Below are positions 1 to 9,207 of a stretch of 42,327 bases of DNA, one piece after another. The stretch is from Candidatus Pacebacteria bacterium CG_4_10_14_0_8_um_filter_42_14 (lineage in GTDB: Bacteria > Patescibacteriota > Microgenomatia > UBA1400 > PJMF01), in contig PFLP01000053.1 of the NCBI GenBank assembly GCA_002784625.1, positions 1 through 42,327 on the forward strand, written 5' to 3'. Made by a program: the position numbers and the translations under genes. Under the pieces are notes generated by a model. It saw nothing but the letters and a program-made list of their open reading frames with translations, did no database searches and was not told the DNA's origin. Each line of letters opens with the position of its first letter. Within the stretch, counting starts at the first letter, position 1.

Positions 1-2
1 CG

Positions 3-1181
3 ATGAATCGAGAGTTCAGTAAGGGTTTACGACTATATTTGACCGAGCACGCTCGCGTACAATCGACCTTCGGCGGTCACTATGATCTCGGTGGCTATCT
101 GGTCTTAATGTTGCCTTTAGTTTTAGCAGCAAGTTACGCTTTTGTGAAAAAAAGCTCCAGAATATTGCTAAGAATTCTTTTTTTCATCGGCACGTGGCAG
201 CTTATTGTTGGAGCATCAAGATCATCATTTGCCTCCTTTTTTGTTGCCATTGGTATAGTTTTGCTTTTCTTTACATTTGATCAAAAAACAATCTGGACAA
301 AAATTAAGTGGTTATCGTTGCAGCTTTTATCGCTAGGTTTTGTCATTGGAATTTTACTTTCAATTTTTGGACAAGACATCAACGAGAGATTTCTCCAGAC
401 GCTCGAAGGTTTTCCAGAATTGAATTCTACCTACCACAGGCTCAACGGCGAGAGGAAAGAGTTCATGTATGCCTACTTGCCTAAGGTGACGGGAATTTCC
501 GCCCTGAGAGAAAGACTGAAACCTAATAATGGCATCTCTACAGACGAGGCAATTCTGGCTCTAAGTAAGGATAATGTTTTGGTGCCCTCTGACGAGAGAC
601 CAACTACCGAGAGACCAGGGGATGTTTACGTAAATGTTCCTGATCTGCAAAAGGTTGCTACAACTTCAGCTGACGGGACGGTTACCTATACGACAATCGA
701 GGTTGAGAGAACGTACTCTAACAACGCTCTAATTTATGGTCTTTCGTATGCCATTCGCCTTGATTCGCTTTGGCCAAGAGCTATCGCCGGATTTACAACT
801 AATCCAGTATTTGGATCGGGTTATGCGACTTTGACTAAAGAGGCAGTGGGGCAGTTTACCGAAGCTGAGAGCACTGATAATAATTACTTAAGAGCTTTGG
901 GAGAGACGGGCTTGGCAGGATTTCTGACTTTTTTTGGAGCAGTGTTTCTGGCAATTTGGTTATCTTTCAAGACAGTCACAAAAAAGATTTCTCTCAATGG
1001 CTATGAGAAAACCATAATTATTGGTTTTATATCAGGATCAATTGGACTTTTGGTAAATGCTATGGCAATAGACATTTTTGCAGCCTCCAAAGTCGCCTTT
1101 TCCTTTTGGGCATTGGCTGGCATGGCCTTGAGTATTTATGTCAGGAAAAATAAGTCTGTAAAAAAAGCTAAGAAATCATGA
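3..1181 (+). CDS. O-antigen ligase/Wzy_C-like polytopic membrane protein, probably 5'-truncated by the window edge
   Basis: RVQSTFGGHYDLGGYL, GASRSS and R..LWPRAI...NPVFGSG segments typical of WaaL/Wzy_C proteins; multiple TM helices; TDNNYL at the position of the usual H-N motif; the N-terminal TM part of the family is missing, so the true start likely lies upstream. Confidence 0.8.
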   Translation: MNREFSKGLRLYLTEHARVQSTFGGHYDLGGYLVLMLPLVLAASYAFVKKSSRILLRILFFIGTWQLIVGASRSSFASFFVAIGIVLLFFTFDQKTIWTKIKWLSLQLLSLGFVIGILLSIFGQDINERFLQTLEGFPELNSTYHRLNGERKEFMYAYLPKVTGISALRERLKPNNGISTDEAILALSKDNVLVPSDERPTTERPGDVYVNVPDLQKVATTSADGTVTYTTIEVERTYSNNALIYGLSYAIRLDSLWPRAIAGFTTNPVFGSGYATLTKEAVGQFTEAESTDNNYLRALGETGLAGFLTFFGAVFLAIWLSFKTVTKKISLNGYEKTIIIGFISGSIGLLVNAMAIDIFAASKVAFSFWALAGMALSIYVRKNKSVKKAKKS

Positions 1182-2629
1182 AAAAGCATAGAATAATTCT
1201 AGCTCTGCTTTTGCTAGCCGTTATCGTCCGTTTATACAAAATCTCAACTCCGCTTCTCGATTGGCATAGCTTTCGCCAGGTTGACACCGCTTCTGTCACC
1301 CAGCAATTTGTGGTCAATGGCATTGATATTTTGCATCCTAGGTATCACGATCTTTCGAACATTCAGTCTGGAAAGGAAAATCCAGAGGGGTGGCGAATGG
1401 TGGAGCTGCCTTTACCACAAGCCATGGTTGCCGCTGTAGTCAGAGCAGTCCCAGCTTTTTCATTAGTTGTTGTCAGTAGACTTTTAACGATTCTTTTTTC
1501 ACTCATTACGTTGGCCTCAATTTATTACTTAGTGAGAGATATTTCTGGAGAAATTCCAGCCAGAATGGCGGCTTTAGTATTTGCAGTTTTGCCTTACAGC
1601 GTTTTCTACTCCCGGGTAATAATGCCGGATCCAATCATGGTTGGATTAAGCAGTGCGGCCATTCTTTGTTTCTGGTTGTGGACGAAAAATGTCCAGGCTA
1701 GATACATATTGTTAACTGGATTACTAATGGCCTTGAGCCTTCTCATCAAACCCTTTAGTCTTTTTCTAGCGCCAGTTTTTCTAGCGGTCGCCATCACTCA
1801 GTTTGCCAAAATTGGTTGGAAAAAAATTATTCAAGCAGTTGTTATTGGCGGAATTTCATTATTACCACTGCTTTGGTGGCGCAACTGGATTATTCAGTTT
1901 CCAGCTGGTATCCCTGCTTCTGATTGGCTCTACAATGGGCCAATTAATGAGGTTCCACCTAGACTTAGACCCGTCTGGTTCCGCTGGCTTTGGTATGAAA
2001 GGTTGACCAAGCTAATGCTTGGTTATGTTGGAGTTACTTTTCTTTTTAGTAACTTTATTTCTTTTTTCTCAAAGATTTCCAAGCGAACTCGCAACGAGCT
2101 GGTAATCTATGGTTCGTGGTGGCTTGCCGTTATATTATTTTTCATTGTTATCGCTCGTGGTAACGTCCAGCACGACTACTACCAAATATTTATGCTGCCA
2201 ATTCTCAGTATCTCGGTTGGTAGGGGTATGTATTTGCTTTTTGAGTTCTTAAAAAAATATGGAACACGAGTTGCCTACGTCGTTGTTATCTGCTTATTTG
2301 CCACCATGCAATTTCTAGCTTGGCAGCAAGTGAAGGGATACTATGTGATTAATCACTGGGAGTATGTTGAGGCTGGCTCCCGTGTTCAAGCTCTAACTAA
2401 TCCAGACGACATAGTTATCGCGCCAGCCTTTGGTGACACCATGTTTTTGTTCCAAACTAGACGGCGCGGCTGGCCAATTGGTTTTGAGATCGATAAAAAA
2501 ATAGCTGCTGGAGCCCAGTATTACATCACGACCAGTTATGATGATGAGGCTAGAGAACTGGAAAAAGAGTATCTTACTCTTGAAAAAACCGACAAGTATT
2601 TGTTCTTAGATCTGCAAAAACACTTATGA
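1178..2629 (+). CDS. GT-C fold membrane glycosyltransferase (PMT_2/ArnT-like)
   Basis: DWHSFRQVDT first-loop motif after TM1, YSR..MPD and IKP motifs, about 11 hydrophobic segments; ATGA overlap with upstream stop. Confidence 0.8.
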   Translation: MKKHRIILALLLLAVIVRLYKISTPLLDWHSFRQVDTASVTQQFVVNGIDILHPRYHDLSNIQSGKENPEGWRMVELPLPQAMVAAVVRAVPAFSLVVVSRLLTILFSLITLASIYYLVRDISGEIPARMAALVFAVLPYSVFYSRVIMPDPIMVGLSSAAILCFWLWTKNVQARYILLTGLLMALSLLIKPFSLFLAPVFLAVAITQFAKIGWKKIIQAVVIGGISLLPLLWWRNWIIQFPAGIPASDWLYNGPINEVPPRLRPVWFRWLWYERLTKLMLGYVGVTFLFSNFISFFSKISKRTRNELVIYGSWWLAVILFFIVIARGNVQHDYYQIFMLPILSISVGRGMYLLFEFLKKYGTRVAYVVVICLFATMQFLAWQQVKGYYVINHWEYVEAGSRVQALTNPDDIVIAPAFGDTMFLFQTRRRGWPIGFEIDKKIAAGAQYYITTSYDDEARELEKEYLTLEKTDKYLFLDLQKHL

Positions 2630-3831
2630 ATATTTTGATGTTGACACCATATTTACCGTACCCACTTCTTTCTGGTGGTCAGATTCGAACTTATAATCTT
2701 CTAAAGCAACTAGCTGACAAACACAACGTCACTCTATTTGCCTTGATTAAAGATGAAGCGGAGGAGCAGTACATTCCAGAGCTTGAGAAATTTTGCACCA
2801 AGGTCAGAGTCTTCAGGCGCTCTAAACAGCCATTTACCCTGAGAAACATTTTCAAAACCGCTTTTTCTTCGTATCCATTTTTAGTGATGAGAAATTATGT
2901 TTCCGAAGTCACCCAGGCTATTCGTGACGAAATGGAGAAAAATACTTTCGATCTTCTTCATGCAGAGACTTTTTATATGATGCCGCATTTGCCGAAGACG
3001 AAGACACCTACTATTCTGGTCGAACAAACGATCGAGTATCTTGGTTATGAAAGCTATGCTAAACAGGCGTCTGCTTTTCTTCGCCCGCTTTTAAATATCG
3101 ATATCGCCAAAATTAAACGTTGGGAAAAATACTACTGGCGCCAGGCTGATCAACTTATTGTTATGAGTGATCGTGACAAGGAGTTCATTGTTCAGACCAC
3201 CGAGCTTGAAAAAGAAATTGCTGTGGTTGCCAATGGCGTAGACTCAGACTGGTTTGATGAAATACCAAAAAAGGCCCACAAGAAACCAACGGTGTTGTTT
3301 GTGGGAACTTTTAAATGGTTGCCGAATCGTGAAGCCGTCCGTTTTCTAGTTCATCATATTTGGCCAAAAATTCTAGAGGCTTTGCCAGAAGCAGAGCTTC
3401 ACATTGTCGGTAACGCGCCTACCAAAGAAATTGAGTCATTTGCAGAGCAGTACAAAAATGTTTTTGTTAAGGGCCGGGTGGAGGACATTAGAGACGCTTT
3501 TGCAGTCTCGGATATTTTGGTTGCTCCAGTTTTTAGCGGTAAGGGCACCCGTTACAAGGTGCTTGAAGCCATGGCATCGGGAACTCCTTTAGTTGCTACA
3601 CCAACTGCTGTAGAGGGACTTGAACTCACGCCCGAAAAACACGTGTTATTGGGAAGCAATGCCGATGAGTTAGCAGAGCAGGCGGTCAGACTCCTTAGGT
3701 CAAAATCGCTACAAGAAAATTTATCAAAGTTTGGCAAGCATTACGTCAAAGAACACTTTGACTGGAGAACCATCTCCGCCCAGCTTGATATACTATATCG
3801 TCGCATCGGGGCTCACAATGAAAAAAACTAA
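2626..3831 (+). CDS. GT4 family glycosyltransferase
   Basis: N-terminal PYLPYPLLSGGQIR; C-terminal GTRYKVLEAMASG (GT4 signature region); ATGA overlap. Confidence 0.9.
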   Translation: MNILMLTPYLPYPLLSGGQIRTYNLLKQLADKHNVTLFALIKDEAEEQYIPELEKFCTKVRVFRRSKQPFTLRNIFKTAFSSYPFLVMRNYVSEVTQAIRDEMEKNTFDLLHAETFYMMPHLPKTKTPTILVEQTIEYLGYESYAKQASAFLRPLLNIDIAKIKRWEKYYWRQADQLIVMSDRDKEFIVQTTELEKEIAVVANGVDSDWFDEIPKKAHKKPTVLFVGTFKWLPNREAVRFLVHHIWPKILEALPEAELHIVGNAPTKEIESFAEQYKNVFVKGRVEDIRDAFAVSDILVAPVFSGKGTRYKVLEAMASGTPLVATPTAVEGLELTPEKHVLLGSNADELAEQAVRLLRSKSLQENLSKFGKHYVKEHFDWRTISAQLDILYRRIGAHNEKN

Positions 3832-4696
3832 AACAGATCTAGAACTTATTTTCCTCACTTATAATAGTGAGTTTTGGATAAAAAAAGCTTTATCTTCGTT
3901 GCAAGAGTTTTATCTCCAACATACTAAGAAAAGTGTTACGGTCACAGTGGTTGATAATGACAGCACAGATGACACTATTAAGGTCATCAAGAAAGACTTT
4001 CCCTGGGTAAAGGTGATTATGTTGGAAGAGAATGTTGGTTTTTCCACGGCAAATAATGTGGCTCTGGCGCAGAGCAAGGCTAAATACGCCATGCTTGTGA
4101 ATTCTGATGTTGAGTTTACAGCTGACTCAAATTTAGATGTACTGATCCAATACATGAGCTCGCACCCTCGGGTCGGTGTAGTCACTCCAAGGCTCAGTTT
4201 CTTTAATGGTTCTCTTGATCCTGCATGTCATCGGGGTGAGCCGACATTGTGGGCTTCATTTGCATATTTTAGTCGCTTAGAAAAGATGTTTCCTAACTCA
4301 CCAAAATTTGGTCAGTATCATCAGACTTACAAGAATCTCAACTCCATTCATGAAATTGACGCTTGCTCGGGAGCGGCACTTTTGGCTCGTGTGAGCGCTT
4401 TTAAAAATGTCGGTTTGCTTGATGAACAGTTCTTTATGTATGCCGAAGATTTAGATTGGTGTAAGAGATTTAGAGAGGAAAACTGGCAAGTTGTTTACGA
4501 TCCAAAAGTCGAAATGATCCATCACAAATACAAATCAGGAATAAAACAATCGTCACAAAGTATTGCTAAACGAACTCGTCAACACTTTTACAATACCATG
4601 CTACAATACTTCGACAAGCACTACGCCAAGGATTATCCTGGCTTCGTGCGAGCATTAGTAAAATACTTCTTAGAACTTAAGAAAGGTGGCGTATGA
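3818..4696 (+). CDS. GT2 family glycosyltransferase (WbbL/rhamnosyltransferase-like)
   Basis: VVDNDSTD, NVGFSTANN, LVNSD, GLLDEQFFMYAEDLDWC; start moved from the ORF-track TTG 3731 to ATG 3818 (MKKTK). Confidence 0.88.
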   Translation: MKKTKTDLELIFLTYNSEFWIKKALSSLQEFYLQHTKKSVTVTVVDNDSTDDTIKVIKKDFPWVKVIMLEENVGFSTANNVALAQSKAKYAMLVNSDVEFTADSNLDVLIQYMSSHPRVGVVTPRLSFFNGSLDPACHRGEPTLWASFAYFSRLEKMFPNSPKFGQYHQTYKNLNSIHEIDACSGAALLARVSAFKNVGLLDEQFFMYAEDLDWCKRFREENWQVVYDPKVEMIHHKYKSGIKQSSQSIAKRTRQHFYNTMLQYFDKHYAKDYPGFVRALVKYFLELKKGGV

Positions 4697-5151
4697 ACGC
4701 ACAACAACTTCAATTTAACATTCAGGATCTGAGAACAACCAGCATCCAGCAATCAATAGAATCAATCTTTGTGGTCATGAGTAGTTTATTCATCACAGCT
4801 CTTTTGCCATCATTGCTTGTCCGCTATGTTTATCAAAATTCACAACTACTTGCCCAACCAAAATCTTTGGAATACATTCCGGTTGCGGCCTTTGTAATTT
4901 CGACTATCTCCATCATCGCCACAGTTGTTGGTAATGCCATGAGATACAACAAAATCAAGCAGTCTCAGGTGAGTTTGAAAATGCTTCAGAGCATCGATGC
5001 AGACGATCTTGGTACTAGTGAGTCAGAGCTAAAAGAACTTGAACGAATTGTTGATTCAGCACTAAAAACAAAAACACCAAGTGCTAAAAAGACAGTGCGA
5101 CCAAGTGCTAAAAAAATCAAAAAATCTACAAAACGAGCTACCTCAAAGTAG
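4693..5151 (+). CDS. Hypothetical two-TM membrane protein with Lys-rich C-terminal tail
   Basis: Two hydrophobic helices, PSAKK repeats in tail, SD-like AAGGTGG upstream, ATGA overlap. Confidence 0.65.
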   Translation: MNAQQLQFNIQDLRTTSIQQSIESIFVVMSSLFITALLPSLLVRYVYQNSQLLAQPKSLEYIPVAAFVISTISIIATVVGNAMRYNKIKQSQVSLKMLQSIDADDLGTSESELKELERIVDSALKTKTPSAKKTVRPSAKKIKKSTKRATSK

Positions 5152-6265
5152 CCATTTACCACACATCGGCATCGATTGTCGTTTAAGTGGAGTTCGTCAC
5201 GCGGGCATTGGGCGTTACGTTTCTAATCTAGTTCAAGAGTTACTACCGCTTTTAAAAAGTAAAGCGACTCTAGTGTTGTTTTTCTTTGACGAAATTCAGC
5301 AGCGAGAGGTAATCGGGGAGAATACTCCGCCCAACTGTGAGGTGGTATTTGCTCCTGTTCAGCATTACTCTTTTGCAGAACAGCTCCGCTTGCCTTCTAT
5401 TTTTCAAAAAGCTAAGTTAGATCTTTTACATGCTCCACACTTCAATGTGCCCATTTTTTACAGAGGAAAGTATGTGGTCACAATCCATGACCTGCTCTGG
5501 CACGAGCATAAAGGTCGAGCGGTCACGACATTGACGCCAATACAGTACTGGTTAAAGTACTGGCTATATCTTTTTGTGGTAAAAAAGGCGGTTGAGAGAG
5601 CTGCGAAAATTTTTGTGCCATCTCAAACTGTCAAGAATGCGATCGTAAACCGTTTTTCAGAGGTGGAAAATAAAACTGTCGTTACCTATGAAGGTGTGGG
5701 ATCTGGTCTAAAAAAAGCTAGCCCAGTCCCAGAACGAAAGAAAAAGATTCTTCTCTATGTTGGTTCACTCTATCCCCACAAAAATGTTTCGCGGATTTTT
5801 TCAGCCATGGTAAAAGACAAATCTTACAGGTTGGTAATTGTTACGGCGAGAACAGCTTTTGTCGATCGAGTGAAAAGTGAAATAATGGAATTAGGAATTA
5901 ATGATCGGGTTGAGCTTCGCTTTGAGATCCCCGATGCATCGCTAGCTCGTTTATACCATGAGGCTGCTGTGCTAGTTCAGCCCTCACTTGCCGAAGGTTT
6001 CGGTCTGACAGGAATAGAGGCGATGGCTTTGGGTACGCCGGTTGTGGCTTCAGACATTCCAATTTTTAGAGAGGTCTACGATTCGGTTGCCAACTTTTTT
6101 GACCCTAATAGCTCTGAGTCGTTGCTTAAAGCAATTGCTAAATCTGAGAACAGGCTAGTTTCTAGCCAAGATTCTATTAAGCTTTTAGAAAAATTTAGTT
6201 GGAAATCCTTGGCAAAGCAAACATTATCGAGCTATATTGAAGTGCTTTCATTTAGGAAAGAGTGA
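5105..6265 (+). CDS. GT4 family glycosyltransferase (mannosyltransferase-like); start uncertain
   Basis: IGIDCR...GIGRY, TIHDL, YPHKN, EGFGLTGIEAM; only in-frame starts are GTG 5081 and GTG 5105 within the upstream gene. Confidence 0.85.
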   Translation: MLKKSKNLQNELPQSSHLPHIGIDCRLSGVRHAGIGRYVSNLVQELLPLLKSKATLVLFFFDEIQQREVIGENTPPNCEVVFAPVQHYSFAEQLRLPSIFQKAKLDLLHAPHFNVPIFYRGKYVVTIHDLLWHEHKGRAVTTLTPIQYWLKYWLYLFVVKKAVERAAKIFVPSQTVKNAIVNRFSEVENKTVVTYEGVGSGLKKASPVPERKKKILLYVGSLYPHKNVSRIFSAMVKDKSYRLVIVTARTAFVDRVKSEIMELGINDRVELRFEIPDASLARLYHEAAVLVQPSLAEGFGLTGIEAMALGTPVVASDIPIFREVYDSVANFFDPNSSESLLKAIAKSENRLVSSQDSIKLLEKFSWKSLAKQTLSSYIEVLSFRKE

Positions 6266-7446
6266 ATAATCCAAAAATTTGTATAGTTTATGACCGTCTC
6301 AACACCAAACATGGTGGAGCCGAGTTTTTGCTAGAAGAATTGTCGAAAGCTTTCCCAGAAGCTTCTCTCGCAACCTCAGTTTTCGAGCCAAGTGCAGTAC
6401 CTTGGTTGGCCAAAAAAAAAGTCATCACCTCCTTTTTACAACATTTCCTCTTCGCTAAAAAATACCACCAATTTTATTTGCCTCTGATGCCTTTGGCTTT
6501 CGAGTCCCTAGATCTCGCCGATTTTGACATTATTATTTCTGTCACTAGTGCCGAAGCTTTAGGAGTGATCACATCGCCTGAGCAGCTCCATATTTCTTAC
6601 CTTTTGTCACCTCCACGATATCTTGAGCTGAACCAATCTGAGTATCTAAACTCTTATCCACTCATTAGGTTGCCTGGTATTTATCAGCTAACTAAGTTGA
6701 TTTTGAAGTATGTTTCCTGGTGGTATGAGGTTGCGGCTAAACGTCCAGATGTGGTAATCCCACTTTCCTTGTCAGTGGCAAAAAGAGCTGGCGATCGCTA
6801 TGTGCGTTTATCTAAGCCTTTGTATCCTCCAATTTCGATCCCAAATCCTGAAGAGATGAATTCTGCCAAAGCGTTACCGATCAAGTGCTTCATCTTGAGT
6901 TTATCGCGATTGGTTTGGTATAAGCGGATTGACTTGATAATAAGGGCGGCAAAAATAACTAATAAATGCCTAATTGTAGCTGGGGAAGGCTCTGTTTTTT
7001 ACACCTTGGTCGGGCAAGCTGGTAAAGATGGAGTAGTGAGAAAATCGGGGGAATCGCTCGATGAGTTCTGTCTTCGGGCTCAAGGAGAGGAGAAGTTAAT
7101 CCTTTTCACAAAGTCAGTCTCTGAAAAAGAGAAAACGCGACTGTTAAAGTATGCCAAGGTGACTTGTATGCTTGGTAGAGAAGACTTCGGCCTAGTTGCC
7201 CTTGAAAGTTTGGCACACGGAACTCCTTGTCTCATCTATCGGGACAGTGGCGCCGCTGAAGTTATTGAAAATGGACTTCATGGTTGTGTTTTCCAAGACC
7301 AGAAAATACAAGATGTAGTGACCGGTCTAAAAGTTATTGATCGCACAAGTTTCTCGCCAACTGTACTGCAGAAAAAGAGTTGGGAATATCGACCAAGTAC
7401 ATTTCGAAAACAAGTAAAAAAATTAGTGTATGATGGGTGCTTATGA
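6262..7446 (+). CDS. GT4 family glycosyltransferase (WbaZ-like)
   Basis: GGAE, MPLAFESLDL.DFDIIIS, SRLVWYKRID, EDFGLVALESLA; GTGA overlap with upstream stop. Confidence 0.85.
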   Translation: MNNPKICIVYDRLNTKHGGAEFLLEELSKAFPEASLATSVFEPSAVPWLAKKKVITSFLQHFLFAKKYHQFYLPLMPLAFESLDLADFDIIISVTSAEALGVITSPEQLHISYLLSPPRYLELNQSEYLNSYPLIRLPGIYQLTKLILKYVSWWYEVAAKRPDVVIPLSLSVAKRAGDRYVRLSKPLYPPISIPNPEEMNSAKALPIKCFILSLSRLVWYKRIDLIIRAAKITNKCLIVAGEGSVFYTLVGQAGKDGVVRKSGESLDEFCLRAQGEEKLILFTKSVSEKEKTRLLKYAKVTCMLGREDFGLVALESLAHGTPCLIYRDSGAAEVIENGLHGCVFQDQKIQDVVTGLKVIDRTSFSPTVLQKKSWEYRPSTFRKQVKKLVYDGCL

Positions 7447-8546
7447 CGCAAACAGATCACACATACGCTGTGTTATTAGCTGGAGGCGGAGGTACTCGCC
7501 TTTGGCCAAAATCTCGCAATAAAACCCCAAAACAATTTTTAAAACTTTTTGGTGAAGAGACAATGCTTCAGTACACTGTGAATCGAGTTCGCAAATTAGT
7601 GTCTTGGGAACGCCTGATTATTGTCACTAACGAGAAGTATCGAGCGGAAGTTGAAAAGCAATTACCAGAGGTTCCTAAAAACAACATCATCTCTGAGCCA
7701 GAGAAGAAAGATACTGCTTTGGCTATGTTAGTCGGCTCGCTTTATGCCCAGTCTTTAGATCCTAAAGCCGTCGTCATAAACAGCGCCTCTGATCACGTGG
7801 TGGCCGATGTAAATGAATTCGTTCGAGTCATGCAGGCAGCTGTAAGAGTGGCTTCAAAAGGAGAGAACTTGGTGACAGTCGGAATTACCCCTTCGCGACC
7901 GGCCACTGGCTTTGGCTACATAAAAATTGGCGAGGATCTTGCTAAACTCGACAGAGGACTGTCGTTGTTCACAGTTGCAAGTTTTACCGAAAAACCAAAC
8001 GAAGCTACCGCCAGAGGCTTCATTTCTACAGGTAAGTACTTCTGGAATGCCAATATGTATGTTTGGTCGGCCAAAGCATTAGTTGCTGCTTTCGAAGCTT
8101 ATTTACCAAGTTTATATAAAAGCACAAAAGTTTTATCAGGGCTAAAAGGGCAAGATTTTGCAAAAAAACTGCCAAAAATTTATGCCGCCGCTGAAACAAT
8201 TTCAATTGACTATGCTATATCTGAAAAAGCTACCAACTTAGTTCTCATTCCTGGGGACTTTGGCTGGAATGATGTTGGTGACTGGAAGATAGTTTATGAT
8301 CTTGAGAAAAAAGACATTTCTGGAAATGTCATTGTCAGTGATGATGAAGAAGCCAAAGTCGTAGCTTTAGCATCGTACGACAACCTAATTCATGCCAACG
8401 GTAGGCTTGTTGCCTTGGTCGGAGTCAACGACATGATTGTTGTTGATACCGACGAAATTGTCTTGGTTATTCCAAAGTCAAAAAGCCAGGACGTAAAGAA
8501 AATAGTTGAACACTTAAAAGCCACATGTACTACGGAATACCTCTAA
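7443..8546 (+). CDS. manC: Mannose-1-phosphate guanylyltransferase (no cupin/PMI domain)
   Basis: LAGGGGTRLWPKSR..PKQF, SDH, FTEKP, ISIDYAI.EK, GWNDVG; start set to ATG 7443. Confidence 0.92.
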   Translation: MTQTDHTYAVLLAGGGGTRLWPKSRNKTPKQFLKLFGEETMLQYTVNRVRKLVSWERLIIVTNEKYRAEVEKQLPEVPKNNIISEPEKKDTALAMLVGSLYAQSLDPKAVVINSASDHVVADVNEFVRVMQAAVRVASKGENLVTVGITPSRPATGFGYIKIGEDLAKLDRGLSLFTVASFTEKPNEATARGFISTGKYFWNANMYVWSAKALVAAFEAYLPSLYKSTKVLSGLKGQDFAKKLPKIYAAAETISIDYAISEKATNLVLIPGDFGWNDVGDWKIVYDLEKKDISGNVIVSDDEEAKVVALASYDNLIHANGRLVALVGVNDMIVVDTDEIVLVIPKSKSQDVKKIVEHLKATCTTEYL

Positions 8547-8554
8547 TCTTGCCC

Positions 8555-9175
8555 ATGCGTTACGAACATCTCATTAGACTACTCGATCTCACTGTTGCCA
8601 TTACGCTGGTTCTCATTTTCTTGCCGTTTTGGATTATTGTGCCGATCTTGATTTATTTTGAGTCAGGTCCACCAATTATTTTTACTCATAAACGCGTTGG
8701 TTTAAATGGTAAGTCGTTTAATCTTTTTAAGTTTCGCTCCATGGTCCCCGACGCCGATGATATTTTGCATAACAAAGACCAAGAGCTACTAAAATTGTTT
8801 AAAGATAATGACTGGAAAATTCCAAACGATCCTCGCATTACTCGCTTGGGTAAAATTATTCGTTCGCTAACTATTGATGAGTTTCCGCAACTAATCAATG
8901 TTTTGAGAGGAGAGATGAGCATGGTTGGTCCTCGTGCTTATCTAAAAAGAGAGTTGGACGAACAAAGCAAGCGCTATCCAGAAACTAAACAGTATATAAA
9001 GCGAATTTTATCTATAAAACCTGGTATTACTGGACCATGGCAAACCAGCGGGCGTAACGAAATTCCTTTTGTTAAGCGGGCAAAAATGGACGCAGAGTAT
9101 GCTGAAAATAGATCAATCTGGTCTTATATAACCATCATTGTCAAGACACCAATTGCCATGATTTCAAAGTGGTGA
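8555..9175 (+). CDS. Monotopic phosphoglycosyl transferase (Bac_transf; PglC/WbaP C-terminal type)
   Basis: KFRSM, DPRITRLG, IDEFPQ, MSMVGPR, KPGITG; ATG 8555 preferred over 8525. Confidence 0.9.
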   Translation: MRYEHLIRLLDLTVAITLVLIFLPFWIIVPILIYFESGPPIIFTHKRVGLNGKSFNLFKFRSMVPDADDILHNKDQELLKLFKDNDWKIPNDPRITRLGKIIRSLTIDEFPQLINVLRGEMSMVGPRAYLKRELDEQSKRYPETKQYIKRILSIKPGITGPWQTSGRNEIPFVKRAKMDAEYAENRSIWSYITIIVKTPIAMISKW

Positions 9176-9191
9176 TCATTCGTTAATATTT

Positions 9192-9200
9192 TGCTATACT
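9192..9200 (+). promoter_or_regulatory. Extended -10 promoter TGCTATACT, 7 nt before ATG 9208 (probable leaderless start)
   Basis: TGn+TATACT; no SD in the 7-nt spacer GATAAAC. Confidence 0.7.
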
Positions 9201-9207
9201 GATAAAC

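Noticed and set aside
6412-6420. A9 tract in a GT4 gene as a phase-variation switch
   Set aside because: An equal A9 run occurs in essential murG (25702-25710) and A8 in mraZ, so such runs are background; the frame is intact
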